Source: Candidatus Omnitrophota bacterium (GTDB lineage: Bacteria; Omnitrophota; Omnitrophia; Omnitrophales; JACROU01). From it: a stretch of DNA of 64,000 bases. The notes under the pieces were generated by a model, which did not search any database, had not been told where the DNA came from, and saw nothing but the letters and a program-made list of their open reading frames with translations. Positions 43,901 to 55,900 of the stretch are shown here, in pieces. The position numbers were made by a program, and so were the translations under genes. The stretch spans positions 5,223 to 69,222 of the forward strand of contig JACROU010000024.1 in assembly GCA_016214265.1 (NCBI GenBank). Direction: 5' to 3'. Each line of letters begins with the position of its first letter. Positions within the stretch are counted from its first letter, which is position 1.

Positions 43901-46900
43901 AGAGCCATACCCTCCTGTGAATTGCCCTGCCATTCCTGGATCATAGCCAAAAGCCCCCGTTTCAAAATAAGCTGACCTTGAGGGTGTCGTAAGATCAAGC
44001 GAATAAGTCTTGGTGGCAGAATTATATTTAAAGAAGTCGCGAATTTTAAATTCCATTGGGTCTAATCCCATCGGATTATTAAAATTTTTCTCCTCGCTAC
44101 GAACAAAATCTGTGAGCCGGTTCATGTATTCAAAGCGGTTGCCAGTCAAAGAACCGTAAGCATTACTCAGATAATCATTGAGAGCGTTAATATTATTTTT
44201 AAGCTGGGAAATATAGATCTCGGAATTTTTCTGAAGCTCTGAACTCGAATCCAGATATTGGCCAAAAATTGCCGGGGCCAGGCGCGTGTTTTCAGGCAAA
44301 GAGGGGTCATAATCCGCCAGCATCATAAGCCCATTATTCGATTTGACCTGCGACGGGTCCACGGAATAAAGGAACTGTCTGCCGATATTTTCACGCCACT
44401 CCTGGATCTGGCGCATCTTCATATCGAAATACGAGTCGGCAGAATCCAGATAATCATCTGTGGCGTCGCTAACTTCCTCCTCAAGCTTCTGCTCCAATTT
44501 TTGATCAACAACCAATTTTGCATCAAGCGCCAGCGCCACATCGCTGCGATATTTATTTGAGATATCATTCCAGGCTGTTTCCAGATCGATTTCCATTTGC
44601 TTGGTTTCGTCATAAGCTTTTTCTTTGCTTGCATCCCGGATTCCTCTGGCATTCCCTACGGATTTATCATAAGCATCTATTGCCTCGCGAACTCCAGCAG
44701 CAGTATTCAGCGCGGCGGAATCATTTTTAAACGTTAGAAGCAACGTTCTAAAAGCAGCAACTTCGGGATTTTCCTTACCATCCGCGTCCATGCCGGTCAT
44801 TGCGTCCGGTGAAATGTCCTGAGCGGCAAATTGGCGGGCGTATTGATCCAGATACAGGGTGCGATCCGGTGAAGCCATAGCTTCGGCAAAATCTTTCAAC
44901 GAGACGGCGGATATATCTCCGGCCTTTTGGATAAAGTCGGACAAGATTTTTTGAAGTTGATCATAAAATTGCGGTACAGCCTGATCCCGAATTTGACGGG
45001 CCTGAGCCTCGGCTTGAGCGAACTGTTTATCAGCAGCGTCAAGCTGTGAATCACGAATCCAGTCAATTTCGATTTTTTTATCGACGTAACTTCTCCGATC
45101 GGTCAGGTTTTGTAGTAGAAGCGCTTTTCGTTCACCCGTGTAGGTATTTGTCGTTTTATCTCGCCCATCCTCGTATTTAGTAATAACGTCATCAAGATTA
45201 TCATCCGGATTCTTACGTACGTCGGTGTACTGCTCCTGAATATGCTTCTCATTTTCATCATATTTTGTATCCGCATAGGCCATCTTGTCGCCTGAGGCAA
45301 TTGGACCGGCAGTTTTTTCGATCTGCGCTTTCTCCGCGGGCGTAAACTTCCCGAGATTTTGATAATAGTCATCCCAGTTTTTCAAGATCCCCGCTTCATC
45401 CGTTTTGATTTCAGCTAAAGCGGCATCCATCTGACTTTTAATTGAATTGGCGTTAGCCTCAATAATATTGACGAATTTATCGGGGTTATTGGCGTCGTAA
45501 ACGTAGGTTTCCCCAAATTTTCTGAGAGCGGATACGGAATTATCATAAATTTGAGTCGCCTGGTCCCAATACTTCTGAATCGGCCCATTAGGACCTTCGC
45601 GATTATTGAGCATTTCTGTCTGCGTGTCGTACTGCCAGTCGGAAACATTTTTAATGTAGGCGTTTTGAATCTTCTTCAGTTTCTCTTCAAATTGTGCCGC
45701 GTCAAATTTGTCAACGATGCTCTTCGCATTAGGCTGAAGCGTTGTCCAGGTGGTGGTTTGACTGTTGATGTTGTCAGGCTCAGTTGCATTTTTTGCTGTC
45801 CCATATATGTATTGAGCGGCATACAAAAGATTTCCGATGTTTACTTCGTCCAATTGACCGCTCGGCGCGACTGTTTGACCGATATAACCGCCGATTTTCC
45901 CTTGCCAGCTTCCCTCAGTTGTGCTGGTTCTTTCATAAGAAAACGGCTGCCCATACGAATCAACCCCGGAAACCATTTCCTTTTTCCATACCCAAGTCCA
46001 ATCACTGCGACGGGTATCAGCCGTGCTATTAATAAATGCCGCTATTTCATCGTAGAGACCTTTCAAATTCCCTGAAAATTCGGTTTTCAACTCCTGAAAT
46101 TTTACATCCTTTTGAGCGACATAATTTTCCAGTTTAGTCATTTCAGTCTTGTAGACTTCCAGATTTTTTTTGTCTTTAAGAAAATCGGTTTCCTTGATTT
46201 CGATTTTATTTTTGTTCAGTTTGATAAGCGGGTCAGTATCGAGAATGGGCGGCATTGGCAGCTGTGTTGTCTGTGCGGTCTTTATATTACCCGCGGCATC
46301 CATTTCATCAATTTCCATCAGCATGCCTGCATTGTCGTATATGTATTTAAACGTGGAACCATTTTCAAAGGAAACACGGGAAACATTTCCCTGGTCATCA
46401 TAATATTCCGTCGAAAATGGAATACTTTCCCCCGTAACCGAAGTTCTGGCAGGATGCTCAACATAAGCTACTTTTCCATCGATAAGAGTTTGCGTGCTTT
46501 TCACACCGTCATAGCTGGTTATGTTGATGCTGGTCACAATGCCATTCGTGTAGGTATAACTGTATGTCCCGACATTGGGGATCACGACCGTCGCCAGGGT
46601 ACCATCACTGTTGAAGGTTTCCTTATAACCATCGGCATTGTTGACCGTGTTGGTGGTTTCATTGGCTTTGCGAAGCCCATTAAGATATTCATAAACCTCT
46701 TCATACAAATCCACGACGTTCTTCAGAGCATCATAGGCTTGTTTTTTCATAAAATATTGCTGTTCTGCAACGGCTAGACCGGCAATGGCGCTATCGCGCG
46801 TACTCGTATCCACTGCCGTTTTGTAACGCTCAATCGCCTGATCGTAAGCGGTCCGGGTCAATGTGTATTCAATTTCAGCGGCGTGAAGTTCCGCCCATAG

Positions 46901-49900
46901 CCCTTTGAGAACGGGATTCCGTCCTTCCGCTTTTGCCTGCGCTATTTCTTTATCAACCGCGGCCAGTGTTGCATCCTTTTGCTCTTTAATCGAAAGTCCC
47001 ATCAATTGAGACAGCGTATTGCCGCCCAGTTGAAAGATGTGATCTTTGAACATGGCCATGATTTTTTTGTAATTGGCCTCGCGTTTCTGAATCTTTTCCT
47101 CGCGGGAATCATTCGGATTTTCTTTATTCAGGAAACTTTCACTGTAAATCTTTTCCATGCGGCTTTTAATGATATCGAGATGATTCTGGACAGTCTCCTG
47201 AGCATCCTCCATCGACTTCTTCCGGCTAGCTAGATCCACGATTTTTCTGGCAAATGCGTCTTTGGCATTCTTGTCCATGCGGATTGTTGTGGGAGGTACT
47301 TTGCTGGCTTCCCGCTGAAAATAATCGCTCATTTCCTTAATGACTTTGGTTGCCTCAGCCTGCTCAGCCGGAGTCATGAAAGAAAATTTGGGCCAGGTGG
47401 TTGTGTTTCCAGATTTTAGGCCTACCCAGAATTTTTGCACGCCTCCGATGATCGCGTTGCTGCTATAAAGCGGAGTGGGCCCTTTGTTAATATCGATCAC
47501 AGCTGTTGGGGGGCTTAACCGGATAAAATCTCCTGCTGCGTTTGGCGGGAACTTGAACGAATTATCACCTGGCTGGGCGGAGCTTTTCAGCTCTAATTCC
47601 GCGTCTTCCAGAAGCACGTCTTTGAAGGTGCCATCTTCACTAGGTACGATAATTTTGAGAAGCTTCCGGTAGATGACATTTCCATCGTCATCCCGCTTGG
47701 TGTCTCCGTAATAAGCTTTCCCGATCGGTTTACCATTCACCGTCCAGTTAATCATCGAATCTGGTTTAATGATCGAAGACTGACCCTCAATTTGAAAAAC
47801 AATATCCGGCACTTCTGTTCCCTCGGGAGCCGTCGATTTAGAAACCGGTAGCATCGCTCCGGTTTGATCCCATTTCGTGTCCTGCGTGGTCATTTTGACG
47901 AGATCAATATCCTGCATGATGAGACCCTTGCGGTCTTTCATCATCGGCGTCAAAATTTGACCCACCTGCTGATTTTTATCGTTGTACACCACCATGCTTC
48001 CTTCACTGCTGATAAACGTCAATACCGGTTTTCGATTCTGATCGGTGCCAATCGAAAGTTCATAATCGTAGTTCGATACTTTTGGCGCCTTTCCCGCCTT
48101 ATTGTTGATTGTTTTCAGGGTCAGACCTTTTTTAGGACCTTCGGTGTAATAGAATGTGACATTTATCTCAGTGTCTCCAGGAAATTCAACGCGATCGTCT
48201 TCTGTTTTTACCAAAATCGACGGATCCTTTTCGTCATAAAAATACGCGGTTGTGTTTTCCTTGAATTCACCGGTTGGATTACCGTCGGTACCGATAGCAT
48301 CACGCCGCTGATGGGTCAGATTTCCTTTTTCATCAAATGTAAAATTGACTTTGTATTTCACCGATGTGATGGACATCGGCGCATCCGGGTTTAATGAGGT
48401 AATCTTTTTATCTTCTTCAGTCATCAAGCCGGTAACGCTCATTCTTCCAGCAGAATCATAAGTAAAATCCTGAAAATCCTTATTGGCCCATACTTTTCTT
48501 ACCACCCGCCCTTTTGGATCCATTACCGTTTTTTCGCCGACTGTTGAGGAGTCTGCTGGATTCTTAATGTCTCCAACAATTTCAGTCATCGTAAACAGCA
48601 CATCGGTCGTGTTTGGATCCAACGCATAAGTCCACCGGCGAGAAATACCGTCGCTTGAAGTTTCCATTCTGAGGCGTCCCGTTGCGGTGTCAAAATCCTT
48701 CCACTGCTTAAGACCAATTTGGTCATCCACTTTCGATCTTAATATTTCTGTCGTTTCGGACATCAGATTTCCCGATTTATCGAACAGAGGCGTTCTGGAT
48801 TGTGAAAAGGTAAAGGGGCCATCAACGGGATCATCCCAATCCCGTGATTCCATTAAAACAAGCTGCTCCTCAGCAATGCCTGGAAAGTTTCTCATAATTT
48901 TATGAACGGCATAGCCGCTGCTATAAGTCTCAAATATTTCCCTGCCATCATCTGTAGGCACATACCGATATTTAATAGTGCTGCCGTCTTTTGTTTTTAT
49001 GGAAGTCACATCATTGGTGATGGGATTAAAAGTGCGTACTGTATCCGCCTCACCGGTAAGATATTTGGGATCGATCATGCCGGGTGTTTCGGCAATTTGC
49101 GGAGTTTTAAATCCGGAGGCTAAATCAAATTGGGACTTTAAACTGTCAACATTTTGTTCCACGTGAGCTTGAATATTTCGAGCGGCAGCATCTTCTTCTA
49201 GGGTTGTTTCGGAGTGAGTCAGAACTGTTCTGAGAAGTTCACGGTTGTCCGCGGCAAGAAGCTCAATTCCTGAAAGAAATGCAGAGGCTGCGAAGAATTG
49301 CTTGTTGGCAAGAGCAGCGGCGAATTGCGCGCCGAGCAAGCCCATTTCTGTCTCTATTACTTTCATATCTTGAATGGTGTCTGCAGAAGGAGGCGGACGA
49401 TTGCTGTAATCCAGTTTCGCTATTTGCTCCATCCACGTGGTTCTTCGAGCCACCATGTTTTGTTTTGCGTTTTCAAGCGCTTGAATTTCGGCCGGCTCCG
49501 CTTCAAGACCCGTCATTCCTGCAATCACAAGGTCCACCGTGTCAATCGACTGATCGAGCTTGCGGATTTCGCGCTCGGCGCCTTCCCGGTTTTTAGCCGT
49601 AATCAACTCTTCAGCCTTCGCGCCCGATGCGTCGAATAAAGCTAATGCGTTTTTCTCGACCGAAAGAAATTGTTCTTTAGTGGCTGTTCTTTTCATTTCC
49701 ACTGCTGCAAAAACACTCTTTGCTTGATCTCTTTTATCACGAATTGACGTGAGCAAATCTTGTGCTTTCTGCAAATCTTCCGGCTTAATAAGTTCTTCAG
49801 CGCCCGGCGGAGGCGTCAAACGAGCAGCGGCCTCTATCAGAGAATCAACGGCGATTTTTGTGAAGTCATGAAGCAGAGACAGTTGATTGTAGGCAAGTTC

Positions 49901-52900
49901 AATCTGGGCAGGATCGTCTGAATCTAATCCTTTGGCTAATGAATCCAGTGCCGTTTGAACTGTAATCACATATTCTGAAGAACCAACATTGTTATTATTC
50001 CCATCCTTAGTGTAGGTGAAAGCCCGCAGAGCCGAGATACCGGATTTTGCGTTAAAGAGAATATTTAGCGTCTGATCCCCTTCCGGGCTGTATCCGTTAA
50101 GTGTTACACCCCCATTTTTATCAACCATCGAGGTCCAGCGTTCACTACCACTTGGATATTTATCATGACGGAACACCGCGACTCCCCCCGACGAATCAAC
50201 AGACTTCACGAGCTCATTATCGCTGTCGAATTCCCTGATCGTCGTATTGTTCGTTGTCAGATCTGTCTCGCGAACTCTGAAACCTCCGTTTTGGTCGAAA
50301 TTGTATTCATTCTCAATTTTGAACTGTTGAATTTTTCCGGTTCCGGAATTCAATACTTTTCTAAAAATTGGTTTACCATTGCCGTCTACCGTAGATTCTG
50401 TGATAGTTCCATTTTGATCAATGTCACGCTTGACGCGGGGCCTGCCATCCGGGTATTTTTCAAGAATTGTACTTGAAGTGGAATATTGTTTTCCGTCAGC
50501 CTTTTGAACATCCGTTTTGACCGGTTGTCCCGTCAGAAGATCCATGGTTTCGATCGTGATATTTCCGTTGGGATCAGTTGTCTTTTTCTGTTTAACCTGG
50601 TCATTTTCAAATACGTAATCAATTTTAGTCAAAGCATGAATCCCCTTGGCAGGATCCACCAAAAGATTTTCTATCGGCAGACCAGAAGCTTCATCGAATT
50701 TTTGTTCCAGATATTTTCCGCTAGAATAAATCTGCTTGTTCGATTTCTTGGCTCCAGAATCATAATAGTCATAAGCCCAGCGGGTTTCTTCGCCGTTCGC
50801 ATCCACAGTGCGCGTAATTTCGCTATCGGCGTTAATTTCTTTTTCGGTAATAAAACCATTGGGATCTTTGGATACGATACGAACACTCTTGTCAGCGTTC
50901 CGGAACCTCCGGATGTTCGTAACTTCTCTGTCGCCATTGGGTTTTTCAGTAATTTCCGATTTGGATTCACCCAACAGATCAAGCATTTTCCGCGTGACAA
51001 CACCTGTATTTACATTGGTGGTGATATCTTCGGTCACATTCCCGCGCGAATCCTTCTTTTGTTCAAAACGCGTGGTTACCTTAGATCCTGTAACTTTATT
51101 CGTAACCGTTTGCTCAGTTAGTTTTCCTTTTACAAAACTGCGCTCGGTCACGCTGATACTGTCTTCCTCCGTTTGTTTGGCCAAAGTACCAGTATTGGGA
51201 ACATATTCATTAATGAAGGTGGTCGTTTTCGCCCATCCAAGAATGCTTTTGAATATCGACTTTACCGGATTCTTAAACTCGTCCAGATGCTGTTCGATCA
51301 TATTTCCGAGCCTGTCCCAGCGTTTTACAATACGATTCACATCGTCATACTCGAATTTTTCCGCCGTGCCAAAGCGATCGATAGAAAGCAAAGGACGGCC
51401 ATCCGCATCCATGACAGTGGTTGAATCAAGCGCTGCAGTCCCCGGATTGGCATCGATGACAAAGCCATCCGCGCCAATATCGAGTGTGTATCCTTTCGCA
51501 TTGGGACGTGTTTTTTTGAGCGTCGTCTTCTCTGTCTCACCAAATACATTTTTCTCCGTCGCATAGAATAAGACAGAGCCGTCACCCTCATTCACCGTGG
51601 CCTTCAGCTCACCCTGAGCATCATAATGATTAACGCTTTTCCGGAACTCGATTGGTTTTTCGTTCTCATCATATCGGTACGGCTCCAAAACATAATCAAC
51701 AACCTCAAGATCATCCTCCCCCACATGAATTGTTGTGTAATGCGTTTCGGTAAAATTGGGCGCAATAGTAAAATCCAATTTAGATTCGCTTCCGTCTACC
51801 TTGTATCGATATTCTGTTTTTTTACCTTCGGGATCAGTCATGTAATCAATAATGTCTTTTCCGAAAACATCCCGTCTGAATATAATTTTCGAACCATCAG
51901 AAAGATCCTGGCGTACGAGCGCGCCCCACTCATTGTAAATAAAATCACGTGAGCTTTTTACTTTGCCGTCCAGACCGATAATTGTCATTCGTTTTGGACG
52001 TTCTTGCTCATAACCGCCCTCGAAATCGGTGATTGTTGTTTCTTTTGCGGTCTTCCTCGTTTCTGAAATCATCAAATTGGCTCCGTCATAGGCGTACGTG
52101 CTTTCAAAATCAACGGTTTTGCCGTCTTTTTTATATCCGGTAGTGACAAGAGGTCTGCCGATTTCATTAAACTTTGTTTTAGAGCGCCATTTATCATCAC
52201 CACCAACTTGCCCTCTCGGATCTGGCTCGCCCACCGGACTCAATTCCTGGATTTCTTCAAGACGCCCGTTAGCGCGATAGAACATATGTGTCACTGTAGA
52301 TAAACTGCCATTTTTGTATTTATGCCTGGTTATGGGCCTCTCCGATCCAGCATCACCTTCAAAAAAATTAATTTCATCCAAAAATTCTTTGCCATCTGCT
52401 TGGGTAAAAGTCTTACTAGTTTTAATCAGCCGGTTTCCATCATATTCATAACGTTCAATACTAGATCCAGGGCCCTTCTTCATTATGAGCTGATTATCCT
52501 TGTTAAACACATTCACGGACGTAAGCTGTAAATCCGAATCCTGAATTGTTTCTGGGTCAATATTTACGCGATTACTATTAATCACATAAACCTCTTGTGT
52601 GGGATTGCCTTCCGGGGTAACGCCCGGCTTGGTAATGGATGAAATGTTTCCCTGGGAATCGACAGAAACAATCGCCCGAGTAGCTTCCGCTCCCTCTTGT
52701 CCTCTGAATAGCGTGATTGTCTTGCCACCATCGGATGTTACACGCACCGCTCGTTTCAATGCACCGGGTGTTGATACCGTTTGATCCCCCGTCGCTCCGG
52801 GAACAAGATTCTGAACGTCCACATAATTGAATGTCGTTTTGGCAGCCCAATTGCCGTCCGGACCGTATTCTGTCGAGCTAAGATTTTTTCCGGCCGGACT

Positions 52901-55900
52901 CATGACCGTTTCTCGGGCTTTTTTTCTATTTAAATCTGTAATCAAGGATGGGTCATTGATTTTTTCTGATATTTCGAATTCGGTTACGATCAGATTTCCG
53001 GTTCCAGCTTCTTCGGTTGTTTGGCTGATGCCAGAGATATACCCATCGGCATCGAATAAATAAGATTCCTTAGGTTTGTCATTTTCATAAGTTGTCATCG
53101 CAGTAACAGGACTTGTAATTTCGGCACCTGTATGACGCTCCGTGCGAGTAAGTTTGTTGTTTGCGTCATAGATCATAAACGTTTTCCCGGAAAGATTGCC
53201 GGCCGTATCATAATCTTCCACTGATTCCATTTGCTTGAGTGCGTTATAACTGGTGTGACGCGTGCGACGAAGCATATCTTCCGTAATTTTTGTAGGATCG
53301 GCAATCGATTGATTCAGTGTAAACTCATCCTGAAATTCATTGCCCGTCACAGGGTCAATTCCTGAACGCGTGATTCCGGTAATTTCCTGATTGGCGTTGA
53401 AATATAACGCCAGATCAATTTTGCCGTCTGGCTTGTAATTGACAATGACTTCAAAGGGGCCGTTTTCCGCTTCACCAATTGTGCGGGCTGATTGACTTAA
53501 CCCTCCGTTCTCATATTTCAAATCGGTACGATGAGGACCAGTTGCAGAATCGTACTCGATTTGAGTGACGGGTTGACCTGCATCATTTATAATTTCCTTT
53601 GTGAGAAGCACGTCATCGGCGACAGCGCCTGGATTGTCTGGTTCTCCGACAATCCGGTAGGTTAAAGCGCCGCTTAACTTACCACCAGCATAGCTGTATT
53701 CTTTTTTCTGATCTGCCACGGTATTTAACGGGTTCTCAGGCGTCGGCGCAGACTTGAAAGTAATTTCATAAGTTAACTGATCATCGCGGAACATGCCTTC
53801 CTGATAAAACGATTTCTTCGCAAGAACGCCGCCTTTGTCCCGGGTTTCCGTGTTTTCCAAATAACCGGCGGCATCATAATTGTATTTGGTTATATTGCCG
53901 GCGGCATCCTCTGAGCGGTCAACAATCGGCGTGCCGAATTTGGGGAGCGTAGTGTAAAAGAGCGTGCTTTCTTTTGTTCCACTCTCTGGAACTGTGGGAT
54001 CCGCTGCTGTGCTAACGTCAAAAGTAACCACTTGTGTCAATTTTCCGTCTGTATAAACATTGGTGTTCCGGCTTAACGCTTTTTTTCCGGTGGAATCAAA
54101 AAGCAAAGTGAAAGCGTCTTGTCCCGTTGCGTCAAAAAATGTAGAACTCAGAACCGTGGGATCAGCCATACTCCGCTGAGTATCCTTCTTGAGAAGAACT
54201 TCTTTCCCTTCGCGAGTTTCATAAATAGATCGAGTGATCTGACCGGACGGACTTGAAGAATAATCTGTCAGAGGATTGCCTTCGGCATCTTTCATCGTGG
54301 TTGCGTCTGCATTCTTCCGGTAAAAAACTTCTTCGGTCACTTTAATCACGCCCAAATGGGCGTTGGTTTGACGTTTTAGCCCCTGAGGCTCGCCGGTAGT
54401 TTCATCATAAAGATAAACTTCTACCCCCTTCAAATTTGTGATGGTATCAATCACCTCTTCTTCAGGAGTCCCTGGCTTTGCTTTGTAGCGGATAACGCGT
54501 CCATCTTTAAAATAAAGGGCCGTATGACCATCCTCTTTTCGGACATCCTGAACCAGGCCATCGGTGTTTGTCGCCACATACGGCTTTCCGTCAGCGTCGT
54601 AATGAATAATGGTACCTGTGGACAGAACCAGCATTTTTCTGCCATCCACAGTGACGGTTTTTGAGTGAAGAATGGGGGCGTCACGCTCTGTCATCGCGAT
54701 AGCAACACCGGTGGCATCACGTTCAACGTCATATTGATGAAGCAGATTTCCATCTTTGTCGACGATGCGATTCAGAAAACCATTTTCAAAGTACGAGATA
54801 CTGCCTTGCTCATTTGATTTTGCCAAAAGATTGCCGAGTCCATCCATAATTTCAAGCAGACCTTCCGCCTCGGTTTTCTTTTCGATAAGTTCGTTGGCCG
54901 CATTGTAGGTTTCTGTTACCGTCTGTTTATTTGTATAGTCTTCAACTCGCATTGTGTAGGAGCCATCTGGTCGATATTCCATAAACTGTCCCTGAAGTTG
55001 CTTACCCGTAGCATCCGCGATAATCTGGGAGGTCATGACGCCGTCATCGTTATACGTCATTGTGAGTTTATTTTCGGCATTGATGACTTCCAGGACATTT
55101 CCGTTCTGATTCAGTTTATATTCCGAACCGCTCGGGTCTTTCAAAAAGGTGAATTTCAGAACGGATTCCCCCGCCGCGTTGGTTTCAAATTCGTATCGAT
55201 AGGTCGTAACCTGATCTCCCTGAGTGACTGTTTTTCTCATCCCTTTCTCAGGCCCTTCCGTATAAAACTCGATTTGAGTACCGTCTACTTCTGTTTGAAG
55301 CAGCACTTCCCCATTTGGAGCATATTTCGTCGTTGTTCCCCCTGCGACTTCACCCAGCTGCGCGGGAATAAAACTTTCAACAAGATTGCCGGTTGTTTCG
55401 TCGTAGGAAAATATTTGGGCAAAACCGGAAGGATCACGTTTGGTTATTTTTGATATTTTCCCTGATACAAAATAGTCATATTCCTTTTCAAATAGAACCC
55501 CGTTTTCCAGGACGGTTTCATTCATAATTTTCCCATCCGCATTAAAAATCTGCTTCGAGCCATCGACACCGGTTATCGTTTGCGTTATGACGTTTCCGCC
55601 CGCATCGAGTGTTTCCGTAATCGTATTCACCAGTACATCATCTGCCGTCAGTGCAACGCCATCAGCGCCCAAGTCTACGGTGGTTTTGCTCGAGACGATA
55701 TTCGGACTGTCGCTGGCCACTGACACAACAGCCCGATTATTCGCGCTGTAGCTAATATTGGTGGTTACTTTCACTGCCGTGCCCGTTACCGGATCTGTCG
55801 CGGAAACTTCTTTTAGCAGCAACCGGTTTCCATTCGCCGGATCAGTCACATTGATTTCCCCGTTTGGTAATCTTGTCGTCACATACCCCGTAATTGTGTC